From positions 1-54,715 of IMG/VR virus record IMGVR_UViG_3300021478_000035: a DNA stretch of 54,715 nt; one strand, written 5' to 3'. Shown piece by piece: positions 17,788 to 27,434 of this stretch. The position numbers and the translations under genes were made by a program. The first letter of the stretch is position 1; the number at the start of each line of letters is the position of its first letter. A model generated the notes under the pieces. That model was not told the DNA's origin. It saw only the letters and a program-made list of their open reading frames with translations, and ran no database searches. Source of the DNA: a virus. Its lineage: Duplodnaviria > Caudoviricetes.

Positions 17788-18639
17788 ATGTCTCAGCTGA
17801 CCCCGTTAGCGACCTCTGTCAATGATATATGTATGGCTGCGCTGAAGGAGTGCGGTGCGGTTGGGCAAGGGCAGAGTCCTACGGGGGAGGAGATCGCAGA
17901 CGCTTGGGCTCGGCTTCAATGGATGCTGCAGGAGTGGGGCGAGGATACTTATATGGTCTGGAGGGAGCGGACCATTACGGTGCAGCAAGTGAATATTGCT
18001 GCGATGCCTGTCGATCTGGATCAGGGGACGCCGGTTAAGCCAGTGCATTATTTTCCAGTTGGACCGGGAGCTGGAGCACTGGGTGGGTTTGAGACTGGAC
18101 CAGACAATACAGCCGTAACTCCAATTCAATCTGTGTCAGTAGCCCCACGAAGGGTGAAGGCTGCCTTTTTAAGGCAGCCTTCAACCGGAGGGGGGCTCCC
18201 GATTGACTATCCGCTTTATGCGCTGGACTCGATGCAGGACTACTCGAGGATTGCGCTCAAGGGGATGGTGAGTTTTCCGGGAGCGTATTATTATGATCCG
18301 GCTTGGCCGCTAGGGAGGATTTTCTTGTATCCGCTGCCGACTAATGCCATTTATGGCGTTGGTTGTGTGGTTAGGGATCAGCTGCCTATTCAGTTTGTGA
18401 CGACGCAGGATGTGATCCAGCTGCCGTTCATTTATTTTAATGCGTTTTATCTGAATTTGGCTATGAGGCTGAGGCCTCATTATGGGATGAGGACGTATCC
18501 AGGGGATGGGCTGCCAGATCTTGCGAAGGGAGCGAGAGCGGCTATAAAGAATACTTCTGTGCAGATTGCTCAACTGAGCCTGCCACAGGAGTTGAGTAGA
18601 CCGGGAATATATAATATATTCTCGGATCGAAGCTATTGA
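17788..18639 (+). CDS. Head-tail adaptor/connector-like protein
   Basis: DI...ALKE.G..G.G..P..E....A...L..ML..W; YYDP..P.G..LYP.P; NLA.RL.P.YG. Confidence 0.75.
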   Translation: MSQLTPLATSVNDICMAALKECGAVGQGQSPTGEEIADAWARLQWMLQEWGEDTYMVWRERTITVQQVNIAAMPVDLDQGTPVKPVHYFPVGPGAGALGGFETGPDNTAVTPIQSVSVAPRRVKAAFLRQPSTGGGLPIDYPLYALDSMQDYSRIALKGMVSFPGAYYYDPAWPLGRIFLYPLPTNAIYGVGCVVRDQLPIQFVTTQDVIQLPFIYFNAFYLNLAMRLRPHYGMRTYPGDGLPDLAKGARAAIKNTSVQIAQLSLPQELSRPGIYNIFSDRSY

Positions 18640-18660
18640 GGCTAACGCCTCAATAGCTTC
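18629..18660. repeat. Hairpin over stop, GTTA loop on minus strand
   Basis: GAAGCTATTGAGGC-TAAC-GCCTCAATAGCTTC. Confidence 0.9.
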
Positions 18661-18681
18661 TCAAAATGAGGAGCTTAAGAA

Positions 18682-19068
18682 ATGTCGGTCTACACTCTTC
18701 CGAATAACCCGGTTACTAACAACATCACTGCTCTTGCGGGTGGTGCTCTGACGCCAGCGACACCGCTGTTGACGACTGGGATGAATGAGGTGAATACGGT
18801 GGTGACGACGGGTGACTCCGTTGTGATGCCGCCTGCTGTGATGGGTTCGAGCGTCTGGATCAATGCGCAGAATTTGGCGGCTGGACTGTCGATGAAGATT
18901 CTGGCGCAGGCCAATCCCTTCAATGGCAACATTCTGGACCAGTTTATTGCGCATGGGTCTGTTGCGCTGGTGGCTGGTGCCACTGGACTGGTGCTGCTGA
19001 ATGGGCATGCGAGTCTGTTTATCTGTACGACGCAGGGCCAGTGGAAGCAGGTCGGCGACTTCTCATAG
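18682..19068 (+). CDS. Virion structural protein (paralog of next gene)
   Basis: GAGGAG RBS; V.TV.T.GDSVVMPPA and G.WKQV.DF shared with the next gene. Confidence 0.75.
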   Translation: MSVYTLPNNPVTNNITALAGGALTPATPLLTTGMNEVNTVVTTGDSVVMPPAVMGSSVWINAQNLAAGLSMKILAQANPFNGNILDQFIAHGSVALVAGATGLVLLNGHASLFICTTQGQWKQVGDFS

Positions 19069-19096
19069 AATTTTCGCGGGCGAAAATTCTATGAGA
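19061..19096. repeat. Hairpin over stop
   Basis: TCTCATAGAATTTTCGC-GG-GCGAAAATTCTATGAGA. Confidence 0.9.
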
Positions 19097-19107
19097 GAAC
19101 TTTTAAC

Positions 19108-19617
19108 ATGGCCGATGAGATGCCTTACAGGCATTCTCCTCGGCGAATGCCGAGGAGAATGACTGTGGCACAATCACATTTTGCTACCTTGCCTTCTTTC
19201 CAATCCACGAGATCAGGAACTCTCATGGATGCGACAGACATGAGCAAGTTCTTTAATATGGTGCTGGGTGCGGTGGCTGGTGTTACGGCACATGCGGGAG
19301 GTGGGATACCGTTAGCGACTCCAATCAATTTGGGATTTACTTCGGTAGATACAGTGGCGACTGCTGCAGACTCTGTTGTGCTGCCGCCGGCTATTGTGAG
19401 CGCGAGATGCACCATATTTAATGGAGGAGCTGCAAGTCTGAGTATTTATAATTTGCAGTCAAATTCTCAGACTGGAGGTGCTTCGGATGCTATCATACCT
19501 CATGGGTCCGCAGTGCCCAATGCAGGGAATGTGGCGATTACGCTGGCTGTTGGGCATGGAACGACGTTCGTATGTATGAGGCCAGGATACTGGAAACAGG
19601 TTGCAGACTTCGCTTAA
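19108..19617 (+). CDS. Virion structural protein (paralog of previous gene; start may be GTG 19165)
   Basis: VDTVATAADSVVLPPA...HGS...GH...F.C...GYWKQVADF. Confidence 0.75.
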   Translation: MADEMPYRHSPRRMPRRMTVAQSHFATLPSFQSTRSGTLMDATDMSKFFNMVLGAVAGVTAHAGGGIPLATPINLGFTSVDTVATAADSVVLPPAIVSARCTIFNGGAASLSIYNLQSNSQTGGASDAIIPHGSAVPNAGNVAITLAVGHGTTFVCMRPGYWKQVADFA

Positions 19618-19638
19618 ACGCGAAGCGTTTAAGCGGAG
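19608..19638. repeat. Hairpin, GCGAAGC core, over stop and RBS
   Basis: CTTCGCTTAAACGC-GAA-GCGTTTAAGCGGAG. Confidence 0.9.
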
Positions 19639-19644
19639 GCTGCT

Positions 19645-20280
19645 ATGCCGTATCCGACTGGTAGGTATCCGAGCTTCAATGTGACTCTTGGTCAGATGAT
19701 GCCATCTGGCCAAGATCTTCTTCAGCTGGCGCAAGATACAACAGGCGCCGGAGGTGTGCTCAGCTTCAATTCCCGGACTGGTGCTGTTACGCTGACGACC
19801 AGTGATGTGACTACGGCGCTTGGTTACGTGCCATATAACTCGAGTAATCCGTCTGGGTATCAGAATGCGGCTGGAGTTGCGTCCATCATTGGGGCGTCTA
19901 CGTTTACTTATGGGCAGATGCCGCCTGAGGTGCAGCAGGTGCCCACGAGTTTTGCGTATGGTGGAGTGCCTGCGGCGAGTTCGGTGATTAATATGCCGGT
20001 GCCGATGGCGATGACTGTCCCGGCTGCGCTGGCGGGGACCGTGGTTTATGATAGTACGCTGGCCACGGCGAATGCGGTGTTCACGGTGAATAAAATTTCT
20101 GGTGGGGTGACGACGGCGATTGGGACAGTGACTGTTACGCCGACTTCACATACGAGTGCGACGCTGGCTGGGTCTGGTGGGGCGCTGGCGATTGGCGACG
20201 TGCTTCAGCTCGTCGCCCCGACTGTGCCGGATACGACGCTGGCTGATATCGGGATTACTGTTCTGGCTATGAGGACATAA
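19645..20280 (+). CDS. Tail/fibre-associated protein
   Basis: [12 protein letters not shown]...DV..ALGY.PY...NPSGY motif typical of fibre proteins. Confidence 0.7.
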   Translation: MPYPTGRYPSFNVTLGQMMPSGQDLLQLAQDTTGAGGVLSFNSRTGAVTLTTSDVTTALGYVPYNSSNPSGYQNAAGVASIIGASTFTYGQMPPEVQQVPTSFAYGGVPAASSVINMPVPMAMTVPAALAGTVVYDSTLATANAVFTVNKISGGVTTAIGTVTVTPTSHTSATLAGSGGALAIGDVLQLVAPTVPDTTLADIGITVLAMRT

Positions 20281-20281
20281 G

Positions 20282-20752
20282 ATGGCTTGGATACAGGGTA
20301 GTGCTGCACCCTCTTGGACACCTCTTTTTAACCAGGCGGACTTGGCTAGTCTTGCGAATGGAAGTTCGGTGATGTCCAGTGTGGCGGATATTACAAATGC
20401 TACGTCTCTTGATATGTTCATGGATATATCATTTAGCTTGTTGATAGCGTCTAGTACTATTGGAGCTAATGCTGCTATTAATTTTTATATGTATATGCTT
20501 AATCAGGATGGGACGACTTATGGGGATGGGCAGTTTGTTGGTGGGGTGCAGAAAGCTGCGACTCCGACGTTTCCTTCATTTCTGTCTTTTCCTCTGCTGC
20601 CTGCGGCAGCGCAGACAGTTTTGGTGGGGAATAATTTTGGCAATCCAATTCCGATTACTCCCGGCTCTTATCGGTGTGTTATGCAGGATGCTAGTGGTTT
20701 TGCACTTACGGCAGGAACGCAGACGGTTAAATTTCGTACCTATAAATATTGA
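20282..20752 (+). CDS. Virion structural protein
   Basis: GAGG RBS; beta-rich. Confidence 0.65.
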   Translation: MAWIQGSAAPSWTPLFNQADLASLANGSSVMSSVADITNATSLDMFMDISFSLLIASSTIGANAAINFYMYMLNQDGTTYGDGQFVGGVQKAATPTFPSFLSFPLLPAAAQTVLVGNNFGNPIPITPGSYRCVMQDASGFALTAGTQTVKFRTYKY

Positions 20753-20761
20753 GGGTGTGTG

Positions 20762-21616
20762 ATGGGATTGTTGAGGTTTAGAAATCCTCTTGTTTATCCA
20801 GGTGGCCAAGCGGGAGTGAATTGGAATCACCCTGCTTCGGTAGGGCTTCGCTACTCGCTTGTGGCAAAGAACCCTGTTCCAGCGAGTGCTACTCCTGGGT
20901 CTGGTGGAGGTATGCTTCGAGTTGATCCTGGCGGGCCAACAGGGATAGCTGGAGGTAGCAATTATAATTCTACTTACCAAAATAACCAGGTTATTCCTAT
21001 TATAGGGCCAGCGTGGATTACAGTGACTGCGAGTGTTGCAATCACTGTTCCCAATGTGACTGCGGAGACTCCTGCGGCTTTGACTTTCGCCGCGATCCTT
21101 GTAATTAACAGTTCAGTTTCAAGCGGATATATATGTGGTAATAGTAGTCCTAATAGTGGGAACACGCCTTCGTCTCTTAGTGTATGGTCTCTTACGCCGT
21201 CGCTGATAATAGGAGGTTCGACGCAGTTTGGATTTGGAATGACGCTAGCGATTGGTGTACCATATTTTATTGTTTGCAGCTATAAGCCATCATTGGGTAC
21301 AAATAATTTTAATATTGGCGTAACTAATCTCCTAACTGGCCAAGTATATACAGGTGTTGGGTCGTCAGCAGCGGCAATTCCTACGAGTAATAGTACACCA
21401 TATTGGATTGGTTGCAGAAATGTTGCTACAACTCAGGCAAATGCGTGGCTAGCGACATGTATGCATAGTGTGGCTTATTTAACGGCACCGCAAGTGAAGC
21501 AATGGTGCTATGCACTGTGGGATTTCTGGTTTCCTCCGGCAAGTCAGGGTTTGATTTTATTGGCTAGTAAGAAAATGACGGCTCGTTCTTTGAGACAGGT
21601 TAGAGTGCTGGGATGA
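20762..21616 (+). CDS. LamG/concanavalin-like tail protein
   Basis: INWNHP-like start (VNWNHPAS.GL), S/T/G-rich beta composition, L...QV...PW-like end. Confidence 0.5.
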   Translation: MGLLRFRNPLVYPGGQAGVNWNHPASVGLRYSLVAKNPVPASATPGSGGGMLRVDPGGPTGIAGGSNYNSTYQNNQVIPIIGPAWITVTASVAITVPNVTAETPAALTFAAILVINSSVSSGYICGNSSPNSGNTPSSLSVWSLTPSLIIGGSTQFGFGMTLAIGVPYFIVCSYKPSLGTNNFNIGVTNLLTGQVYTGVGSSAAAIPTSNSTPYWIGCRNVATTQANAWLATCMHSVAYLTAPQVKQWCYALWDFWFPPASQGLILLASKKMTARSLRQVRVLG

Positions 21617-21625
21617 GGTGCTGAG

Positions 21626-23230
21626 ATGACAACGAGCAGCGGGAAGTATCCTAGCTTTAATGTGACGACTGGGCCGGTCATGCCGACCGGCCTGGATATG
21701 CAGACGCTGGCTATTGAGGCTGCTAGTCATTTGAATGATGCGCCGACTGACGGACAGCTTTATGGGAGGGAGAGTGGGGCTTGGATAGTTGTACCTACTG
21801 GGGGAGGAGGGGGAATTACGGATGCGCCTAGTGATGGGACACTGTATGGGAGGAAGAGTGCGGCTTGGGTTTATTTGACGCATAATGACATTACAGATTG
21901 GGCAGCGCAGCTTGCTAATTATTATCCGACAAGTAATCCGTCTGGATATCAGACGGCGGCACAGGTGACGGCTAGTCTTGGGCCGTATGCACTGACTTCG
22001 GCGTTGGCTAATTATTTGCCGCTCAGTGGGGGAACGGTTACTGGTGGTACTCAGTTTAGTGCGGGGATCATTCTTCCTGGACCGGGCAATTTTCAGGTTG
22101 GGGGTGGGACAGCGGGTAATACGCTGATTTCTAATGGTACGACTTGTTCGTGGGGCGCTCCGGTGCCGCAAGCCTCGGCCATCCTGCCTGTGGTTGATGG
22201 GGTTGCGACGACTGGGACGAGTGCTGCTTTTTCGAGAGAGGATCACGTTCATCCGCTCCCATCGCAGGCGATGGGCGACAATAGGCTCATCAATGGCGAC
22301 ATGCGGATCGATCAGCGCAACAACGGCGCGAGTGGAACGGCGGGAACGGCGGCTGGAGTTTACACCGTTGATCGCTGGATTTTTAACAGTTCTCCGACCA
22401 CTCCATTGCTGACGTGGGGCAGAAATCTGCTTGCGGCTGCCACTCCAGACAATTTCCCCTACTATCTTGGGTTCCAATCGTCCTCAACACACGCTGTTGC
22501 GCCAAATGATCAGTATTGCATTAGACAATATGTTGAAGCGGACATGATTAGCGATTTTGCGTGGGGGAAACCAAGCACAAAGTCCGTTACGCTATCGTTC
22601 CTGGCTCAATCAAGTCTGACTGGCAATTTCGGCGGCGCAATCGGCTCCGCTCGTTGCTACCCATTTCTTTACTCACTTCCTGTAGCGAACACTTGGACGC
22701 CCATCAGCATCACCATTCCAGGCGACATTGGGGCTGGCTGGACACTGAGTGGCAACGGACGCGGTCTTTACGTATCGTTCGATCTCGGTTGCGGTGCGAA
22801 TAACACTGCTGCACCCGGCGCTTGGGCTAATGCTAATGTTTATGGCGCGAACGGCGGGGTCAGTCTAGTTTCCACCAATGGCGCAACGCTGTTCATCACC
22901 GGCGTCAAGCTGGAGGTCGGCTCGGTAGCAACGCCCTACAATCGGCAGTCGATGGCCAAGAGCATGGCCGATTGCCAGAGGTATTATCAGAGTGGCATTC
23001 TCCTAATGACGGGGTACATATCCGCTGCCGGGGCTAATTATCAATTAGTAAAACCGTTTCCTGTTGTTATGAGAGCAGCACCTACGGCAACTATAGTTGC
23101 AAACAATAATGCAAATCTAAGTTCATTTGTTCTAAACACAAATGTCAGTGAAATGTGGAATAGCGCAACAGTTACTGCTGTTGGAAATGTTACGATAAAC
23201 GTTAATTATACAGTGTCGGCGGAGCTTTGA
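21626..23230 (+). CDS. Tail fibre protein
   Basis: DAP.DG.LYGR..W repeats, YLPLSGGT, SREDHVHP, NRLINGDMRIDQR, GVKLEVGSVATP, CQRYY. Confidence 0.85.
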   Translation: MTTSSGKYPSFNVTTGPVMPTGLDMQTLAIEAASHLNDAPTDGQLYGRESGAWIVVPTGGGGGITDAPSDGTLYGRKSAAWVYLTHNDITDWAAQLANYYPTSNPSGYQTAAQVTASLGPYALTSALANYLPLSGGTVTGGTQFSAGIILPGPGNFQVGGGTAGNTLISNGTTCSWGAPVPQASAILPVVDGVATTGTSAAFSREDHVHPLPSQAMGDNRLINGDMRIDQRNNGASGTAGTAAGVYTVDRWIFNSSPTTPLLTWGRNLLAAATPDNFPYYLGFQSSSTHAVAPNDQYCIRQYVEADMISDFAWGKPSTKSVTLSFLAQSSLTGNFGGAIGSARCYPFLYSLPVANTWTPISITIPGDIGAGWTLSGNGRGLYVSFDLGCGANNTAAPGAWANANVYGANGGVSLVSTNGATLFITGVKLEVGSVATPYNRQSMAKSMADCQRYYQSGILLMTGYISAAGANYQLVKPFPVVMRAAPTATIVANNNANLSSFVLNTNVSEMWNSATVTAVGNVTINVNYTVSAEL

Positions 23231-23430
23231 CCATGACCTACACGCAAGTCTGGGATCACATGAAGAACCAAGTCAGCGATCAGATGATTGTGCGCGATGA
23301 GGATGGCGCATTCATTCCGTTCGATCCCGACAATGTTGACTATCAGGAATATATGACGTGGCTTGCAGAGGGTAATGAGCCGGCAGCGGCGGTAGCTCCT
23401 CCCATGTTGTTGCCATCTAAGAAGAGGTGA
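23227..23430 (+). CDS. Tail fibre-associated small protein/chaperone
   Basis: IPFDPDNVDYQEY..WLAEGNEP motif, directly after the fibre gene. Confidence 0.75.
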   Translation: MTMTYTQVWDHMKNQVSDQMIVRDEDGAFIPFDPDNVDYQEYMTWLAEGNEPAAAVAPPMLLPSKKR

Positions 23431-23482
23431 AAAATTTTTTTCTGGAGATTTTCAATTCACATGAGAGGTAAGTGAGACTGAG

Positions 23483-25048
23483 ATGAGGATGCCGTTAGTT
23501 GGTGGAGCGTATTCAGCGCGCTCTAATATTGCGAGCTGTACGAGGGCGGTTAATCTCTATCCGGAGATTAATCCGAGGGATTTTGCCATTGTGCCGATGA
23601 CCCATTACCAGAGGCCTGGATTGCAGTTTGTGACGAATGATCCGGCCAACATTAATCAGGTGAGGGGGATCTGGAGTAGAAGTGATTCCAATGGGGCTTA
23701 TGTGGTGATTGGAAACACTGTCTATTATTTGAGTAATGCGCTTAATCTAACCTCGATCGGGACCATTAACTCTGTTAATGGTCCCGTATCGATGACGGAT
23801 AATGGGGTGACTTGTGTGCTGGTGGATGGGAGTCAGAATGGGTACTTTATTCAGTTTGTGGGGAATGTGTTCTCTCAAATTAATGATGCGACTGGGACGT
23901 TTACGGGCGCGACCTCTGTGGATACGCTGGATACGTATATTGTTTGGGGATTTTTGAACTCTAATTTCTTTGGATCTACGCTGGCGGGGAGTACGACGTT
24001 TGATCCGCTCTATTTTGCGGCGAAGGCTGCTTTTCCAGATCCGCTTAGAAGGTTGATTGTGAATAAGAGGGAGATTTTGCTGTTTGGTGGGAAGAGGAGT
24101 GAGATTTGGTATAATACAGGAGGGGCTCAATTTCCATTTGCGCTGCTGCCGGGCATTTATATTCAGCAGGGGATACTTGCGCCATACTCGGCGGCGTTCC
24201 AGAATATTGAGGTTTATTGGCTGGCGGGGAATGAGCAGGGGCAGGGAGTTGTTATGATGCAGAGGGGGTATGAGACGAGGAGGATTTCTAATCACGCGCT
24301 GGAATATCAGATTAGGCAGATGGCTGCTCAGGGGACTGTGCAGGATGCGGTTGGGTTCACGACGCAGTTTGATGGACATATATTTTATGTGCTGACTTTT
24401 CCAAGCGGGGATCAGACGTGGGTCTACGATGCGTCTACGACGGACCCGAATGATGCGTGGCATCAATGGGCTTGGACAGATTTTCAGGGCTCTCTGCATA
24501 AGTCGAGGGCTTTCTGTGGAGCGTTTATGCAGAATGCGGTGTGGGGTGGACAGAATGGAGTGTTTGTGTGTGGGGATTGGCAGAATGGGAGTCTGTATTT
24601 TTTGAATCCGAATTATTATTATGATGACGCGGCCGAGTTGAAGACCACTGTGGCGGGGTATCCTCCGAGCCATCAGCCAGGCCCGATCAGCTGGATTAGG
24701 ACGTTTCATCATATTGGGAAGGCGAGGGCGCAGGGAACTATGCAGGAGGGGACAACGGACGGGAGGAGGGTTAAGTATAATTATGTCTATGCGGATATGG
24801 ATGCTGGACAGGTGCCGATAGGTGCGGATGGCAATCCACTGGTGACGCTCAGATGGAGTGATGATAGGGGGAATACGTGGAAGAATGGGATTCTCCAGCC
24901 GTATGGGCCGCAAGGTCATTATGATACCTGGCCGACTTGGAGGGGCTTGGGATTGGCGAGGGATAGGATCTTCGAGTTGAGTTACTCTGCTGCGGGAGAA
25001 GCGGCGCTGAATGGGGCGTGGATTGATGCAGAGATATTAGACTCGTGA
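23483..25048 (+). CDS. P22 gp10-like tail/DNA-stabilisation protein
   Basis: NLYPE, V.MTDNG, FG...EIW, GH.FYVLTFP....TW.YD, L.WSDD.G.TW, W..LG.ARDR.FE. Confidence 0.9.
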   Translation: MRMPLVGGAYSARSNIASCTRAVNLYPEINPRDFAIVPMTHYQRPGLQFVTNDPANINQVRGIWSRSDSNGAYVVIGNTVYYLSNALNLTSIGTINSVNGPVSMTDNGVTCVLVDGSQNGYFIQFVGNVFSQINDATGTFTGATSVDTLDTYIVWGFLNSNFFGSTLAGSTTFDPLYFAAKAAFPDPLRRLIVNKREILLFGGKRSEIWYNTGGAQFPFALLPGIYIQQGILAPYSAAFQNIEVYWLAGNEQGQGVVMMQRGYETRRISNHALEYQIRQMAAQGTVQDAVGFTTQFDGHIFYVLTFPSGDQTWVYDASTTDPNDAWHQWAWTDFQGSLHKSRAFCGAFMQNAVWGGQNGVFVCGDWQNGSLYFLNPNYYYDDAAELKTTVAGYPPSHQPGPISWIRTFHHIGKARAQGTMQEGTTDGRRVKYNYVYADMDAGQVPIGADGNPLVTLRWSDDRGNTWKNGILQPYGPQGHYDTWPTWRGLGLARDRIFELSYSAAGEAALNGAWIDAEILDS

Positions 25049-25069
25049 AGCAAAGCTTCACGAGTCTAA
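25037..25069. repeat. Hairpin, GCAAAGC core, over stop
   Basis: TTAGACTCGTGAAGC-AAA-GCTTCACGAGTCTAA. Confidence 0.9.
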
Positions 25070-25078
25070 GGAGGTGTA

Positions 25079-25543
25079 ATGGGAGTTAATCCGTATCAGT
25101 TTTCGTCGGCGTTTCCGAAGGATTTCCAGATTGTGGATGGTCTGGGACAGCTGCAGCCTGCTTGGCAATACTTTTTTCAGGCGCTGTGGGCCAAAACGGG
25201 TGGCGGCTCAACGACTGTTAATAATTCTTATGTGGTTATTGAGACGCCGGGTGGGCCAGTCATCTCTGGGCCGGGACCGTCCAACGGGACACCTATTGGA
25301 GGGGCAGTTGCTAAGTCTGCGCCGGTTGTCCAGACGCTTAGTGCGAGTCCGTGGTTCTTTAGGGCTGCGGAGAATGGATTCATGGCTCTGTCGGGTGGGC
25401 AAGTAGAATATTCCAGAGATGGAGTCAACTTTTATCTGACGTCTATGACTGGTGGGCAGATAATGATGGTGGAAGGTGACTTTGTTAACGTGATTTGGTA
25501 TACAGCGGCTCCATCAGCTGTTTGGTTTCCAGGAGGCTTCTGA
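25079..25543 (+). CDS. Tail-module hypothetical protein
   Basis: TAAGGAGG RBS; W..FF..LW motif. Confidence 0.7.
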   Translation: MGVNPYQFSSAFPKDFQIVDGLGQLQPAWQYFFQALWAKTGGGSTTVNNSYVVIETPGGPVISGPGPSNGTPIGGAVAKSAPVVQTLSASPWFFRAAENGFMALSGGQVEYSRDGVNFYLTSMTGGQIMMVEGDFVNVIWYTAAPSAVWFPGGF

Positions 25544-26112
25544 TGCATGAGCCATTTATCATCTTCACTCTGCCGCGGAGCAGGAGTGCGTGGCTTAGCC
25601 ACTGGCTATCCTATATTAAGGACGGGAGTCGGGTGAAGTCAGTGGGACACGATGCATTTAGTAAGTGCTCTAGCTTGGAACAATGCTTTGCATTGTTCCA
25701 AGCTGGGATGGATGGAACTGTAGAGACTGGAGCTGCTTTTGCCTATCCAGTAATCCGCGATGGATTACCAAAAGCGAAGCTTTTGGTAATTCAGCGCGAT
25801 CCGATGGAGTGTTTGCATAGTTTACTGGCGAAGGGACTGAGGCCGGAGCCGGATGATTGGGCTCAGAGGGTGAGGGATTTGTGGACGGTGAGTGCGAGTG
25901 GGGTTAGGACGGTTGCTTACCAGGATTTGGATTTGGAGAGCTGTGCGAGGTGGATTTGGGAGTATTGTTTGGATGTACCGTGGGACGCCCAATGGTGGGC
26001 TCAATGGACTCCCATAAATGTGCAGATTGATATGCAGAAGAGGGTTGAGGAGTTGAGGAAGGATGCGGACAACATCATTAAGTTAAAGCTGGAGATTGCA
26101 AATGCTGGCTGA
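25543..26112 (+). CDS. P-loop/sulfotransferase-like protein
   Basis: FIIFTLPRSRSAWL (PRS-G-like loop) and LLVIQRDPME (R.P motif); TGATG coupling, AGGAGG RBS. Confidence 0.55.
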   Translation: MHEPFIIFTLPRSRSAWLSHWLSYIKDGSRVKSVGHDAFSKCSSLEQCFALFQAGMDGTVETGAAFAYPVIRDGLPKAKLLVIQRDPMECLHSLLAKGLRPEPDDWAQRVRDLWTVSASGVRTVAYQDLDLESCARWIWEYCLDVPWDAQWWAQWTPINVQIDMQKRVEELRKDADNIIKLKLEIANAG

Positions 26113-26617
26113 AGCGATGCCACATAGGTTTGTCCGCGTCCAAAGGGAGGCGTTCGAGGCCATATGGCCTGCTATTAGAGATTTGACGAGGGCTCATGCC
26201 AAGGAGGTTGAGCCAGAAGATAGTCCGAGACCATTCAAGCTGGATGTAGCGCGGATGATCCAGGCTGATAGGCTGGGATATGTTAGGTGGTTTACACTGA
26301 GGGTGGATGGGGAGATTAAAGGATATTGTTCGTGGAATTTGAGTTGGGATTTGGAGAGTGAGGGGATGCCGATTGCTACGCAGGGAGCGTGGTATGTGGG
26401 AGAAGGTGGCCCGTGGGGAGGAGCTGCCAAGCTGTTCATGGTCAGCTTGGATGAGCTAAAGAAGATTGGTGTGCAGTGTGTATTCCCGCACCATAGGCTG
26501 CAGGGACGTGGGACGAAGTTGGGTAAATTCTTTCAAAGTCTGGGAGCTGTCCCTATTCAACAGACTTACATGTTATGGATTGGGACTGAGCGAAGCGAAG
26601 TCCCAATCCCGGACTGA
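26102..26617 (+). CDS. GNAT-like acetyltransferase
   Basis: FTLRVDGEIKGY, WYV...G..LF...LKK.GV, LGKFF.SLG; usual position before podovirus ejection genes. Confidence 0.7.
   Translation: MLAEAMPHRFVRVQREAFEAIWPAIRDLTRAHAKEVEPEDSPRPFKLDVARMIQADRLGYVRWFTLRVDGEIKGYCSWNLSWDLESEGMPIATQGAWYVGEGGPWGGAAKLFMVSLDELKKIGVQCVFPHHRLQGRGTKLGKFFQSLGAVPIQQTYMLWIGTERSEVPIPD
26577..26609. repeat. Hairpin with GAGCGAAGCGA cap in GNAT C-terminus
   Basis: GGATTGGGACT-GAGCGAAGCGA-AGTCCCAATCC. Confidence 0.9.
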
Positions 26618-26633
26618 CTGAGGAGAGACCAAG

Positions 26634-27425
26634 ATGCCCTCGATTGGGATTGGCACGGCTGCTGCTATCGGTGGAGTTGGCTCTATTGCCGGAGGGCTAA
26701 TTTCGGCTGGTGGTGCGAAGACCGCGGCTGATGAACAGCTTCAGGCTACACAGCTGGGCATCAGTTATCAGCAGTTGCAGAAGGCTCAGACGCTAGGCCT
26801 GTTGCAGCCTTATTTGGGGGTTGGTCAATCAGGGGTTAATCAGCTGTCAGCGAATATTGGAAAACTGACTACGCCGTTTAATCCGACCATGGCTGATCTA
26901 GCGGCTACGCCTGGCTACCAGTTCACATTGCAGCAGGGTGAGCAGGGAGTGGCCAATGCTTATTCGGGGCAGGGGTTGGGGGCTGGTGTGCAGGGAGGTG
27001 GGACTGCTATGACCCCCTCGGGGCCGGGTATTAAGGGCGCGACCCAGTATGCAGAGAATTTGGCCTCCACAACGTACCAGCAGCAGTTTCAGAATTATTT
27101 GGGGCAGAATCAGCAGCTGTTTAATATGATGTTTGGCCAGGCTGGAATGGGTGAGCAGTCAGCAGCTGCTTTTGGTGGGATAGCGCAGAATGCCACTAAT
27201 GCTATTTCTGGGCTGACATCTGCGGGTGGTGCGGCACAGGCGGCTGGGACGCAGAGTGCGGCTAATGCGATTGGGCAAGGAGTGACAGGGGCTACGAGTG
27301 GTATCAGCAATTTTGCTCTGCTTAATTCGCTGGGTGGTGGGAGTCTATTTGGCGGCACTGGCGGAGGCGGAGCAAATACTAATGATTTGTTTAGCAATGC
27401 GGCGCTTGGCGACTCGATGGTATAG
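26634..27425 (+). CDS. DNA ejection/pilot protein (gp7-like)
   Basis: Gly/Ala N-terminus, LQPY...G, TPGYQF...QG, ASTTYQQQF. Confidence 0.8.
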   Translation: MPSIGIGTAAAIGGVGSIAGGLISAGGAKTAADEQLQATQLGISYQQLQKAQTLGLLQPYLGVGQSGVNQLSANIGKLTTPFNPTMADLAATPGYQFTLQQGEQGVANAYSGQGLGAGVQGGGTAMTPSGPGIKGATQYAENLASTTYQQQFQNYLGQNQQLFNMMFGQAGMGEQSAAAFGGIAQNATNAISGLTSAGGAAQAAGTQSAANAIGQGVTGATSGISNFALLNSLGGGSLFGGTGGGGANTNDLFSNAALGDSMV

Positions 27426-27434
27426 GAGGTTAAG

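Noticed and set aside
21626-23230. Diversity-generating retroelement target
   Set aside because: No reverse transcriptase and no TR/VR repeat pair seen
5655-24919. Long antisense ORFs such as 5655..6404, 15528..16652, 21557..22477 and 23747..24919
   Set aside because: They shadow well-supported genes, and their I/P/H/R-rich translations follow from the strand skew
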